This document shows, one piece after another, positions 9,253-18,741 of a stretch of 64,000 nucleotides of DNA (position 1 is its first letter; each line of letters opens with the position of its first letter). The stretch spans positions 3,849 through 67,848 of the forward strand of contig JAKUPT010000005.1 in NCBI GenBank assembly GCA_022450595.1. Reading direction: 5' to 3'. Below the pieces are notes generated by a model. The model ran no database searches. It was given only the letters and a program-made list of their open reading frames with translations, and was not told the origin of the DNA. Origin of the DNA: Bdellovibrionales bacterium. Its GTDB lineage: Bacteria > Bdellovibrionota > Bdellovibrionia > Bdellovibrionales > UBA1609. A program made the translations under genes and the position numbers.

Positions 9253-10503
9253 ATGTTCGACTACGACCCCAGCAAATGCCAAGACGAGTTTTTAAAACCA
9301 GCTTTCAAAAAACTAAATTTGGACAGCGAAGTGCAAGAAATTTTACAAACACCACAACGTGAAATTAAAGTGGAAATTCCTATACGCCTACATAATGGAA
9401 AAATTAGAAGATTCGAAGGCTTCAGAGTTCAACACAATGATTTTTGCGGCCCATTTAAAGGTGGTATGAGGTATCACCCCTCCGTTGACATGAAACATTG
9501 TCGCGCCCTTGCTTTTTTAATGACTTGGAAGACTGCACTTTTTCATCTTCCTTTTGGAGGAGCCAAAGGCGGCATTTGTTGTGACCTTAAACATTTAAAT
9601 ACATATGAAAAAGAGATCTTATCAAAAAACTTTATTAATAAAATATTCCCACTGATTGGGCCTGACATTGATATCCCAGCTCCTGATGTTGGCACCGGTG
9701 AAACCGAGATGGCCTGGTACTTTGATGCCTATGCAAAACACAACGGCTATATGCCAAGTGTTGTAACAGGCAAGCCCTTAAACCTTGGCGGCGTTGATGG
9801 GCGCACAGAGGCCACGGGCCGAGGTGTGCACTTTGCCACCCTTCTTGCTGCTAAAGCCCATGGCTTTGACATCAATAACTTAAAAATAACCATTCAAGGC
9901 TTTGGGAATGTGGGCTCACATGCAGCCCTATATTTACATCAAGCCGGTGCTCAAATTATAGCTGTCTCTGATGCTGATGGGGGCATATACAACCCCGAGG
10001 GCTTAGACATCCCGACTCTGTTCAATGAGATGCAACCCAACAAAGACGCTAAAGTGAACGATTCAAACATTAAACATGAATACATCTCTCACGAAGAGTT
10101 TTTTGAACTTAAGACAGATGTGTTAATACCAGCGGCTCTTGAAGCGGCCATTCATAGTGAAAATGTCGAGAGACTAAATGTAAAAATGATTGTTGAGGCC
10201 GCAAACATTCCCGTCACCAACAATGCAGACAATTATTTAAAAGATAAAAACATACCCGTCATTCCCGACATCTTTGCCAATGCCGGTGGTGTATGCGCCT
10301 CTTACTTAGAGTGGTCCGGCAACCACCAACGCTACTCATGGCCCAAAGACAAAGTCTTTAACTTCATAGAAGACGCCTTTAAAGACACCTGGAGAAAAAT
10401 CACAGAGGTTTCTGAAGCAGAACAGATTTCCTATAGAGACGCCTCATATCTTGTGGCCATCGAACGTGTGGCTAAGGCTTTATATCAAAGAGGGTTTTAC
10501 TAG
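9253..10503 (+). CDS. gdh: Glu/Leu/Phe/Val dehydrogenase (glutamate dehydrogenase)
   Basis: 416 aa. Catalytic-Lys motif 'LPFGGAKGGICCD' and Rossmann motif 'IQGFGNVGSHAA'. Confidence 0.92.
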   Translation: MFDYDPSKCQDEFLKPAFKKLNLDSEVQEILQTPQREIKVEIPIRLHNGKIRRFEGFRVQHNDFCGPFKGGMRYHPSVDMKHCRALAFLMTWKTALFHLPFGGAKGGICCDLKHLNTYEKEILSKNFINKIFPLIGPDIDIPAPDVGTGETEMAWYFDAYAKHNGYMPSVVTGKPLNLGGVDGRTEATGRGVHFATLLAAKAHGFDINNLKITIQGFGNVGSHAALYLHQAGAQIIAVSDADGGIYNPEGLDIPTLFNEMQPNKDAKVNDSNIKHEYISHEEFFELKTDVLIPAALEAAIHSENVERLNVKMIVEAANIPVTNNADNYLKDKNIPVIPDIFANAGGVCASYLEWSGNHQRYSWPKDKVFNFIEDAFKDTWRKITEVSEAEQISYRDASYLVAIERVAKALYQRGFY

Positions 10504-10508
10504 GAAAG

Positions 10509-10559
10509 GTCCGCCTTCGCTGAAGCTTCGGCGGGACATTTTTTGCCGAAGGCAAAAAA
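10509..10559. terminator. two adjacent hairpins between gdh (+) and the tRNA (-); bidirectional terminator
   Basis: A CCGCC...GGCGG hairpin (10511-10534) is followed by a T-run. It is followed by the perfect hairpin TTTTTTGCC-gaa-GGCAAAAAA (10539-10559). Confidence 0.6.
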
Positions 10560-10636
10560 TGGTAGCGGGAAGAGGACTTGAACCTCCGACCCTCGGATTA
10601 TGATTCCGATGCTCTAACCAGCTGAGCTATCCCGCC
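10560..10636 (-). tRNA. tRNA with CAU anticodon (elongator tRNA-Met, or tRNA-Ile2 if lysidinylated)
   Basis: The reverse complement folds by hand as GGCGGGA-TA-GCTC-AGCTGGTTA-GAGC-A-TCGGA-ATCATAA-TCCGA-GGGTC-GGAGG-TTCAAGT-CCTCT-TCCCGCT-ACCA. The CCA end is encoded. The anticodon stem lacks the three G-C pairs typical of an initiator. Confidence 0.88.
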
Positions 10637-10766
10637 ACATTAAAACTGAAGGCATATTGGTAATGATTTTTTGGCAAATGGTCAACTACTTTCCTTGGAC
10701 TTTCCTCTAGGTCTTTTATTTCAGGCGTGAAGCCTTGGGTCATAGGTTTGATCTGGGGTTACAGCG

Positions 10767-10795
10767 TTGACGCCCCTTGGCTGTTAGTTTGTAAT
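10767..10795 (+). promoter_or_regulatory. candidate sigma70-type promoter for the lipoprotein gene
   Basis: TTGACG (10767-10772), a 17-nt spacer, then TGTAAT (10790-10795), about 20 nt upstream of the ATG at 10816. Confidence 0.3.
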
Positions 10796-10815
10796 ATCTT
10801 TAGGGGGAATTCATT

Positions 10816-12246
10816 ATGAAATACATACTTATTATGAGTGTGCTGTTATTTGCAGCATGCACTCCAGACAATCAACTTGAGAATTTAAATCCAAACAAAC
10901 CAACTCCTGAAAAAGACACTTACAATCCTAAGGAAAGCATTCCTCAAAAGCCTTTAAAAAATCAAAATGCTTTTATTTTGCAAAGTGGGGGCTTAGTAGT
11001 TCCCAATGCCGAAGTTTATATCAACAACAATTTGGTGGGTTCCACAGACCTAAATGGGGCGATTCAAATCAATAGCCAGTGGCCACTGCCTGCAACCATT
11101 AGCTTTAAAAAAACCGGCTATATAACAACCAGTTTTCATCAAGTCTCAAGCCAAGCACAACTATTCACCATTGACCCCGTTGAAGGTAGCGGGCGCATTG
11201 AAGTGCGTGGTGAAACCACGGGTTATGGCCGGCTTAAAAAAGATGACATCTTAGACTTTTCAATCCTTGTGCCCACACTCACAACAAATTCTTTAATACA
11301 CTTTGATATGTCTTACTTTATTAGTTCTGAAACTGATAAAATTGATCTACGCTTTGGCAAGTCCATGACTGTTCCAAGCAATGTTGTGTTCCCCGATCAA
11401 ACTGAAAAGTACTTGTTTTTTAATATCAGAATCAACAAGCCTCTCTACAGAATGTACTTTAGAAAGCCCGGGACTTATAACCTTGTGGCCTTGCATGGAC
11501 AGGCCAGATTTTCAGAGCTTGTCGACAAAGGCACCGGAACACCTATCTTTGATTTACTTAACTCCTTTCACTTTAAACAGGCTGGAATTGAGAGTTTTAA
11601 TTTAACTGGAAACACTGAAAAAAATATCTCTATTCAAAGTATGCAATTTGACCGCAATGTAAAGGTCACGGCACCTGGGCTTATAAGTAACCACACCCTG
11701 CTTGCAGCAACACTTAAGCCCTTTGAAGGGCAGCTGATCCCTACTGATATAAAAAGACTATACTCCAATCAAAGCACACTTTTAAACACCTCAAGCCTGG
11801 GTGACACCTACACTCTATCTGTTTTAAAGCGAGAGCCAACAACTGCTTTAGATAACACTCTTACTCAATTGAGCCTTTCTTTAGAAAAGATAAAAACCTA
11901 CGACCATGTCCCAACACTTCTTCCTTTGGTTTCGGCTCCTCAAATATTAGATGGGGTTCTACTTTCAAAGGCTCCAAATTTTTCTGATGGCATTCAGGAA
12001 GTTGGAACTTGGTATGTTTTGTCTGAGGTTGAGCAGTTTTATATTGAAAATGAACTTATCGAGAAAAAAACAAGGCTTTGGAGTCACTGGAATCAAAACG
12101 GATGGGTTGAACAATTGCGTATTCCACAGTTAGAATGGAACAAAGATCCAAGCAAAATCTATCGCTGGGAAGTAATATACTTAGGAAAGCACAATGGCTC
12201 TGAACTTGAAGTCTCTCATATTAGTAAAAACGCTACTGATTTTTAA
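10816..12246 (+). CDS. lipoprotein, function unknown
   Basis: 476 aa with lipobox 'LLFAAC'. RBS is GGGGGA. No recognisable catalytic motif. Confidence 0.8.
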   Translation: MKYILIMSVLLFAACTPDNQLENLNPNKPTPEKDTYNPKESIPQKPLKNQNAFILQSGGLVVPNAEVYINNNLVGSTDLNGAIQINSQWPLPATISFKKTGYITTSFHQVSSQAQLFTIDPVEGSGRIEVRGETTGYGRLKKDDILDFSILVPTLTTNSLIHFDMSYFISSETDKIDLRFGKSMTVPSNVVFPDQTEKYLFFNIRINKPLYRMYFRKPGTYNLVALHGQARFSELVDKGTGTPIFDLLNSFHFKQAGIESFNLTGNTEKNISIQSMQFDRNVKVTAPGLISNHTLLAATLKPFEGQLIPTDIKRLYSNQSTLLNTSSLGDTYTLSVLKREPTTALDNTLTQLSLSLEKIKTYDHVPTLLPLVSAPQILDGVLLSKAPNFSDGIQEVGTWYVLSEVEQFYIENELIEKKTRLWSHWNQNGWVEQLRIPQLEWNKDPSKIYRWEVIYLGKHNGSELEVSHISKNATDF

Positions 12247-12697
12247 TTTTGGCTGCCAAGCCATTGATAAAACAAAAACTGAAGCCCCGCCTAAAAAGGA
12301 GACCGTGATCTTTGCTCCTTACGATAAGGTTTGGCGGGCCTCTCAATTAGCTTTGTCAAAATACCCTCTAAGTGTGAGCAATATGGACGCCGGAAAAATT
12401 ATCACTGGCCCCATTGAAGGACCACTGATATGGCAACCCGTTCATCAATCATTTGATACCCAAGGTTTACAAGCCAAAATCCACTTGCAACTCACACGAG
12501 GAGAAGTAAACGGTAAAGAGGCTATTAAAATTGTTGTGAATAAAAAACTACAACGAAAAATGGATTTTTTTAGTGGCAAAAAAGAAATCCCCACTCAAGC
12601 TTATGAGGAAGAAAGTTTACTTTACCGCATCAAACGTGAGCTTATCATTGAAGCCGTCATCGACAAATTGGCCGAGACCAACAATAGTGGATTTTAA
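12194..12697 (+). CDS. small lipoprotein-like protein, function unknown
   Basis: 167 aa. N-terminus 'MALNLKSLILVKTLLIFNFGC' looks like a signal/lipobox. An AGGAAAG RBS lies 5 nt upstream. The ORF overlaps the preceding gene by 53 nt in another frame. Confidence 0.6.
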   Translation: MALNLKSLILVKTLLIFNFGCQAIDKTKTEAPPKKETVIFAPYDKVWRASQLALSKYPLSVSNMDAGKIITGPIEGPLIWQPVHQSFDTQGLQAKIHLQLTRGEVNGKEAIKIVVNKKLQRKMDFFSGKKEIPTQAYEEESLLYRIKRELIIEAVIDKLAETNNSGF

Positions 12698-12701
12698 TTT
12701 T

Positions 12702-13379
12702 TTATCTTATGGCTTTCATCCAAGCTAGGCGTTGATGATCTGTACTGCCTTGCATAGATTTTCCGGTCACACGCTCAAGACCTTGAATGGCGGCTGGATA
12801 CAAGCTCTCGTCTTGGTCTCTTAAAACTTTTAAAAAGCGCTTTTCACTGCCCGGGTTTTCAAAACGACTTAAAGCTTCAACAATGTGTCGTCTGACCCAT
12901 AAACTTTTACCTTTTTTAAAGTTCTTTGCCGAGTACAACTCTTGCCATAAGGACTCTTTAGACTCAACGGCGTTGAGTTTTTTTAAGGCTTGAACCGCTG
13001 CAGTTCTTACAACCAGTGCTGGATCTTTTAACAAATGCATGGCCCACTGCTTTGCACGCTCACGGTCTGCATGAACAATAGCTACCATTCCTGCATTTCT
13101 TAAATACCAGTGACCACTGCTTAAAGCGCCTTCAACCACAGGTATGGATCTTTTCTTGTCAATCATGGCAAGAGAGGTGATAGCTCTCCAACGCGTTCTA
13201 ATACTGGCTTGCTTATTCTTAGCCAATGCCGTTAAAGCCTCAACTCTTTGGCTCTGTGGCATGCTTTTCAAGCTGCTTAAACGAGCTGTTGGTTTTTCAT
13301 TAAGAATGTTTTTTACTTGATGCTGTTGAGGGACAGCAGCCAATGCTAAATTTGAAACTAATAGTAATGTTGAAAACAT
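12702..13379 (-). CDS. secreted HEAT-repeat protein
   Basis: 225 aa with signal peptide 'MFSTLLLVSNLALAA'. It has repeated helical units such as 'VRTAAVQALKKL' and 'HIVEALSRF', typical of HEAT/PBS-lyase repeats. Confidence 0.7.
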   Translation of the reverse strand: MFSTLLLVSNLALAAVPQQHQVKNILNEKPTARLSSLKSMPQSQRVEALTALAKNKQASIRTRWRAITSLAMIDKKRSIPVVEGALSSGHWYLRNAGMVAIVHADRERAKQWAMHLLKDPALVVRTAAVQALKKLNAVESKESLWQELYSAKNFKKGKSLWVRRHIVEALSRFENPGSEKRFLKVLRDQDESLYPAAIQGLERVTGKSMQGSTDHQRLAWMKAIR

Positions 13380-13397
13380 ACCCTTACACCCCTTTGA

Positions 13398-14834
13398 TTA
13401 TGAATCTGAAGATAACTTGCCAGCCTCGGAGGCCATTTTCTCAATGTCTGTATCTTCTTCAAGAGCAGAAATAGAGGCCTCATCTTCAGGCAACTCTTTT
13501 AACTCTTCCATTTCTTGCATCATTTTTTCTGTATCAATCAAACCTTCAGCGCCAGAACTTTCTTCTTCAGTTTGTGGCTGCTCACCGGCTGACTCTTGTG
13601 CCTGCTTTTCCGTTTCTTCAACTTGTGCGTTCATTTCAGGCTCAAGCTGTTTTGAAAATTCAGCCAGCAGATCATCGGTGATCATGCCCTCATCAGCAGG
13701 TTCTTCATTGGCGGCCTCATCTGTCTTGTCTTCAGCTTTTGCTTCTTCAGAAGCTTCTTGAGCTTCAGCCTCAGGCTTTTTCTCTTCTTCTTTTATGCCG
13801 TAAACATCTTCTTTAACGGCCTGATTAAAATCATCTATCACATCTTTAGTGATGTACTCCTCATCGGGATTCTTTTCTTCATCACCAGCATTTAACATTG
13901 ATTCGGCTTGAGCAGTGGCATCCTCTTCTTTTGACTCTTGCTCTTGTGGCTTTTCTTCCTCACCCTGGTCCCCAAGCATAGCAGCCGCTTGAGCCATTAG
14001 GTCTTCGCCACCTTCTGCAGCCTCTTCTTGTTTTTGAGGCTCCTCTTCTTCTGAAGCGTCCTTTGCCTCGGGCGCCTCATTAGCTTCTACTACAGGCTCT
14101 TCAGCTTTGCTTGCTTCTTCATTTTTTGTGTCATCGTCTTGATCAGACTCTTCTTGGTTTTGTTCGGCGTCAGCGTCTTCATTAGTCTGCTCAGCCTTTG
14201 CATCAGATTCTTCAGAGGCCGAGTCAGTAGATTCTCCGCCGCCATCGGAGCTTTGCCCTCCGCCACCGGCTTGCATGTCTTCTAATTGTTTTTTAAGTCG
14301 TTCATTTTCTTCTTTAAAATGCGATAAGTCTGCAATTTCATCTTCAATAATTTCGTACTCTTGAAGCTTAGCTTCAAGCTCATTAATTTTATCCATATAT
14401 TTTTTGGACTCGTCTTCACTTAAGCCACCGCCCATGGAAGCGCTTTCTTTAAGCTCTTTAAGCTCCGTCTCTTTTTGTTCAACATCCTTTTTTAAGCTTT
14501 CAATCTGCTCAAGGACTTCTTTTGAAGCTGCAGACGCTGCGGCAGCTCCTTCACCAGAGGCTTCACCATCAGTGGCTTCGGCCTGTCCATCTTCTGAGGC
14601 TTTTGGTTTTGATGTTACATGAGTTGCTTGTTCAAGAACGGTTTTAATGCGGGTTTCTAATTCAGAAATATCTTTTTTAGATAGTCCCTCACTAGAGTCA
14701 CCGCCACTGACAATCAAATTGAATAAATAAATCACCACAAGTACAACGATAACAAAGATTGTCACTTGTATAACAAAATGGCTGTTGTCGACTAAATAAT
14801 AAAGGCTGCGCTCCACAAGATGCATGATATCCAT
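13398..14834 (-). CDS. membrane-anchored hyper-acidic low-complexity protein
   Basis: 478 aa. One N-terminal TM ('VIQVTIFVIVVLVVIYLFNLIV') is followed by about 400 aa dominated by E/D/A/Q/K. It lies 18 nt upstream of the HEAT-repeat gene. Confidence 0.75.
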   Translation of the reverse strand: MDIMHLVERSLYYLVDNSHFVIQVTIFVIVVLVVIYLFNLIVSGGDSSEGLSKKDISELETRIKTVLEQATHVTSKPKASEDGQAEATDGEASGEGAAAASAASKEVLEQIESLKKDVEQKETELKELKESASMGGGLSEDESKKYMDKINELEAKLQEYEIIEDEIADLSHFKEENERLKKQLEDMQAGGGGQSSDGGGESTDSASEESDAKAEQTNEDADAEQNQEESDQDDDTKNEEASKAEEPVVEANEAPEAKDASEEEEPQKQEEAAEGGEDLMAQAAAMLGDQGEEEKPQEQESKEEDATAQAESMLNAGDEEKNPDEEYITKDVIDDFNQAVKEDVYGIKEEEKKPEAEAQEASEEAKAEDKTDEAANEEPADEGMITDDLLAEFSKQLEPEMNAQVEETEKQAQESAGEQPQTEEESSGAEGLIDTEKMMQEMEELKELPEDEASISALEEDTDIEKMASEAGKLSSDS

Positions 14835-15132
14835 TGTTAAATGTTCTCGATATCTTAAGACATAGTCAAGGCTTTGATTTTTTTAAATAATACCAATTGT
14901 GTTAAATTATAAAAGATTTTTTAGCAGCTGATTTTTTAAGCGATTTTTGCTATTTTTAAGAGTTCATGGAAGGTCTTTGAATTAATTCAAATAGAACCAA
15001 AAGTCGCCTTTAAATAGAGCTCATCCCAAAAAATAAGCCCACTATTTAACACAAATGCTATTTCAGCATCATTGGTGCATGTTGAAAAGATTTTTGATAT
15101 GATCAGCAAAACTTAAATAAAGGACTTTAGTA

Positions 15133-16458
15133 ATGCTTGATTTAATTTTAAAAAATGCCAATTGCCTGATTGAGGACAAATTTGAAACTCTAGACCTTGG
15201 TATTAAAGACGGTAAAATCACAGAGCTGCCTTTATCTCCCGGAGCTCAGGCCACAAAAACTTTTGACCTAAAAGGACTTACCGTACTCCCTGGTCTGATT
15301 GACACTCAAGTCCACTTTCGTGAGCCAGGACTAACTCATAAAGAAGACATTGCACACGGCAGTCGCGGCGCAGTTAAAGGTGGAATTGTCAGTTTTTTTG
15401 AAATGCCCAACACCAATCCTTCAACCACCACTCGTGAAAGTTTAGAAGAAAAACTCAATATTGCTAAAAAAACCTCATACAGTGATTATGCTTTTTACTT
15501 AGGAGCCAGTGCTGAAAATGCTCAGCACCTTCACACCATTGAAGACCTTGATGGTTGCTGTGGGGTAAAAATCTTTATGGGAAGCTCAACTGGCAACTTG
15601 CTGGTAGAAAGCGAACAGGTGTTGGAGCAAGCCTTTACCTCGGCTAAAAAACGCATTGCACTTCATTGTGAAGATGAAGAACGTCTTAAGAAAAGAAAGC
15701 AAGAACTCTTTCAAGAACCGGTAACAGTTCATACTCATCCACTGTGGAGAGACGAGCAAACAGCACTGATTGCCACAAAAAAAGCGGTGAATCTTGCACT
15801 AAAACTCAAAAAACAAATACACACCCTGCATATTACAACAGCCGAAGAGATGAGTTTTTTAAAAGAAAATAAAAATAGCCTTATTAGTGTGGAGTGCACC
15901 CCGCAACATCTCACTCTTTCAGCTCCAGAGTGTTACGACCGCTTGAAGTCTCTAGCTCAAATGAACCCGCCAATCAGAGAAAAAAGACATCTGGAGGCTT
16001 TATGGACTGGTGTGCAAAATAAAACTGTAGATATTATTGGAAGTGATCACGCCCCACATACTTTAGAAGAAAAAAATCAAGACTACCCTAAAAGCCCCTC
16101 TGGAATGCCCGGAGTCCAAACAACCGTCTTGTTAATGTTAGAGCACATAAAAAAAGGTCGACTGAGCTTTCAGGACTTAGCTCGATTGATGTACCACAAC
16201 CCCGTAAGGCTTTTTAAAATTCAAAATAAATTAGGAATTAAAGTAGGCTCTGATGCTGACTTTACAATTATTGATAATAATAAAAGCTTTCAGATTGAAA
16301 ACTCATGGATGGAAACAAAATCTGGCTGGACGCCTTTTGATGGAATGAAAATACCCGGATCAATCACTCACACCATTGTGCGCGGACAACCGGCTATGAT
16401 TGATGGTGAGCTTCAAGAGCGCATTGAAAGTAAAAATTTAAGTTTTGAATATAATTAA
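15133..16458 (+). CDS. pyrC: dihydroorotase (amidohydrolase family)
   Basis: 441 aa. Contains 'LPGLIDTQVHFREPG' (metal-binding HxH) and 'GSDHAPH'. Confidence 0.88.
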   Translation: MLDLILKNANCLIEDKFETLDLGIKDGKITELPLSPGAQATKTFDLKGLTVLPGLIDTQVHFREPGLTHKEDIAHGSRGAVKGGIVSFFEMPNTNPSTTTRESLEEKLNIAKKTSYSDYAFYLGASAENAQHLHTIEDLDGCCGVKIFMGSSTGNLLVESEQVLEQAFTSAKKRIALHCEDEERLKKRKQELFQEPVTVHTHPLWRDEQTALIATKKAVNLALKLKKQIHTLHITTAEEMSFLKENKNSLISVECTPQHLTLSAPECYDRLKSLAQMNPPIREKRHLEALWTGVQNKTVDIIGSDHAPHTLEEKNQDYPKSPSGMPGVQTTVLLMLEHIKKGRLSFQDLARLMYHNPVRLFKIQNKLGIKVGSDADFTIIDNNKSFQIENSWMETKSGWTPFDGMKIPGSITHTIVRGQPAMIDGELQERIESKNLSFEYN

Positions 16459-16522
16459 AAAAAGAAAAAGCCTCCGGAAGACCTTAGAAAACCCAAAACA
16501 ACTTCAACTTGGTCCGGAGGCT
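16459..16522 (-). terminator. strong hairpin with a U-tract on the minus strand
   Basis: AGCCTCCGGA (16469-16478) pairs perfectly with TCCGGAGGCT (16513-16522), plus an inner GACC/GGTC extension. On the minus strand it is followed by TTTTCTTTTT. There is no T-run on the plus strand. Confidence 0.45.
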
Positions 16523-16776
16523 ATCACACCCACTGCAATTTGTAATAAATAAAAAGTAAACTCCCACACCCTCTTAACAGCTTCAATTCCCACATCAACA
16601 TTCGACACAAAATCGAGGGCATTAACAACATCAAAAACCACATCAGCGAATGACTATAAGGTAACAAATAAGTATCAATTAAATTTGTAGTAGATATGAA
16701 TTTATACTCATAATTCAAAAAGACTGTTTGGCTTTTAGACAACCAAATAAATATTACAGGCTCAAATCAAATGTAT

Positions 16777-17970
16777 TTACTTTAAACGCCGTAGTTTAGC
16801 CATAAAAAAGGCATCACAATCATAATCCTGTGGCAAAATACTTTTAGAAGATTCCAGCTTCCAATCAGCGTTTTGCTCCAAAAATCCCTGCACTTGCTGC
16901 ATGTTTTCAGATTCTAAGAAGCTACAGGTGGCATAGACCATAGAGCCCTCAGGCTTCACGGTGACGGAGTATTTTTCTAAAATGTCTTTTTGAAGCTCTT
17001 GCAGTTCAGAAATTCTTTGTGGAGTCATTTTCCACTTTGTGTCTGGGTTACGCCTTAACACTCCAAGACCTGAGCAGGGCACATCTAACAATAGCTTATC
17101 AATTTTACCCTGCATACGCTTGATCATTTTAGAGTCAATCACTCGAGTTTCAATCACATCAATTGAGTTTCTTTTGGCTCTTTTCTTTAACTCTTTTAAC
17201 TTCCACTCATGTATGTCACTGGCAATAATCTTACCCTTATTTTCCATCATACAGGCCATGGCCAAGGCCTTGCCTCCTGCGCCAGCACAGGCATCCCAAA
17301 TACGCTCTTTAGATTGTGGGTCTACAAACTCTGCAATCATTTGTGAACCATAATCTTGCACCTCAAACAGGCCCAGTTTAAATGCTTTTGTCCTAAAGAC
17401 ATTAGCTCTTTGGTTTAAACACACAGCATGTGCACCCACCACATGGGCCTCAACCCCTTCTTCAAAAAGAGTTTTTACAAGTTCAGCCGCTGTCACTTTA
17501 AGTGTGTTCGCTCTTAAATAAATCTTTGCCTGTTGATTTAAACCAGTTATAAGCTCCGACCACTTAGGACCAAACTGCTGCTCTCCCAATTGATTCAGCC
17601 AATCTGGTATTGACTGTTGATCTGCAAAGTCCAAAGACTTTGGATGAACGGTTGGCTCTTTCAACCAGTTCGGCCAAAGTAGCTCTTGGGCCTTAAACTC
17701 AATAAATAAAATTTTATATATAAGCTCTTCTGTAAGGTTTATATCCTGCTCATCAGACCACTGAAGGCCTGCCATAACAACATACCTTCTCCAGTTTCTA
17801 ACAATAGAATAGATTGTTTCAGCAAAGATTTTACGGTCACGGCTGCCCCATTTTTTATGCAGCTTTAGCTGGCGCTCAATAACTTTATCAGCGTGGTATT
17901 TTTCATTAAAAATATCATTTAAGGCCACAGGCATGGCTTCAAAGATGGGGCGATGTACTTTTGTAGACAT
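16777..17970 (-). CDS. rsmB: 16S rRNA (cytosine-C5)-methyltransferase, RsmB/Sun family
   Basis: 397 aa. SAM motif 'DACAGAGGKA', catalytic 'LLDVPCSGLGVLRRNPD' and 'YATCS'. Confidence 0.85.
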   Translation of the reverse strand: MSTKVHRPIFEAMPVALNDIFNEKYHADKVIERQLKLHKKWGSRDRKIFAETIYSIVRNWRRYVVMAGLQWSDEQDINLTEELIYKILFIEFKAQELLWPNWLKEPTVHPKSLDFADQQSIPDWLNQLGEQQFGPKWSELITGLNQQAKIYLRANTLKVTAAELVKTLFEEGVEAHVVGAHAVCLNQRANVFRTKAFKLGLFEVQDYGSQMIAEFVDPQSKERIWDACAGAGGKALAMACMMENKGKIIASDIHEWKLKELKKRAKRNSIDVIETRVIDSKMIKRMQGKIDKLLLDVPCSGLGVLRRNPDTKWKMTPQRISELQELQKDILEKYSVTVKPEGSMVYATCSFLESENMQQVQGFLEQNADWKLESSKSILPQDYDCDAFFMAKLRRLK

Positions 17971-18587
17971 TAAAATATAAACACCGTTCCTAGAGTAAAG
18001 AAAACTCCATTAAACTGTCCGTCACTTAAAACATTAATATGGTTTTTTAAGCCACTTTCAAAGGTCAATCCTATTGACTCAAATACGTTGTAAAACCTGG
18101 CTCCTGCAAAAAGTTGATAATCTAAAGACAGTGAAGACTCTCCGTCTAATTGCTTGAAATAAACACCAGGCCCAACACCCGCACCAAAATATAAAGGAAA
18201 GCCAGAGTTAGCGTCCGGAAAGCTTACAGAAGGTAAAAAACTCAGTTTTGTTGAGCGTCCCCTTCCCACATCAAAAGCCGTGTAATCGACTCTAAACATA
18301 AAATCTGAGGAGTTCACCCACTCTCCCATTCTATAAGTAAAGCCTAAAGACATACCACCTACGTTTTCCTCAAACTCACTGCCCCAGTTGTAGGTTTTGT
18401 CTTCAAAAAAACCCCCAGCATGTAGAGCTAAATAGTGACTCTGAGGACTAAAAGCTTTTCTCGCTCTGACTTGAGAGTTTTTTTGTCTTTTTGAAATATA
18501 AGAGTCGGCATCATCAAGTTTCACTTCTACCTTAGCAACTAAGGTGGAACAAAACAGACCAGTTAAAACAAAAATTAAGGCTTTCAT
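17970..18587 (-). CDS. outer-membrane beta-barrel protein (porin-family fold)
   Basis: Start chosen at 'MKALIFVLTGLFCSTLVA' (signal peptide, GGGGAG RBS). The sequence has alternating beta-strand character and a C-terminal Phe. Its stop overlaps the rsmB ATG (TAATG). Confidence 0.7.
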   Translation of the reverse strand: MKALIFVLTGLFCSTLVAKVEVKLDDADSYISKRQKNSQVRARKAFSPQSHYLALHAGGFFEDKTYNWGSEFEENVGGMSLGFTYRMGEWVNSSDFMFRVDYTAFDVGRGRSTKLSFLPSVSFPDANSGFPLYFGAGVGPGVYFKQLDGESSLSLDYQLFAGARFYNVFESIGLTFESGLKNHINVLSDGQFNGVFFTLGTVFIF

Positions 18588-18741
18588 AATCTCCCCAGAT
18601 AGTTTTATGACTTGATGCAAAATATAATTTCTTCAAACATTATTTGTCAACTCAGAAGGCTCAGCTTTGTAAACAAGGGGCAGTGCTTGACCTCTCCTCC
18701 GGCTTCTTCTAAAAGATCAAAAGTCGAAAAGGATCTTTGTA

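Noticed and set aside
13417-14622. Plus-strand ORFs of 114 aa (13417..13761) and 72 aa (14404..14622), Ser/Ala/Cys-rich, antisense to the acidic protein gene
   Set aside because: They are mirror images of GAA/GAG/GCT-rich low-complexity coding sequence. They have no RBS and a biased S/F/A composition, so they are artefacts of the opposite-strand repeat composition.
10560-14834. tRNA(CAU) considered as the attachment site of an integrated island comprising the lipoproteins, the HEAT protein and the acidic protein
   Set aside because: There is no integrase, no partial tRNA duplicate or direct repeat seen by eye downstream, and no mobility genes. The adjacent genes look like ordinary envelope proteins.
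16524-16742. 72-aa minus-strand ORF in the pyrC-rsmB gap
   Set aside because: It has a TTG start with no Shine-Dalgarno sequence, and an odd hydrophobic/aromatic composition produced by GU-rich sequence. The interval is better explained as non-coding RNA or UTR (see the finding for 16459-16776).
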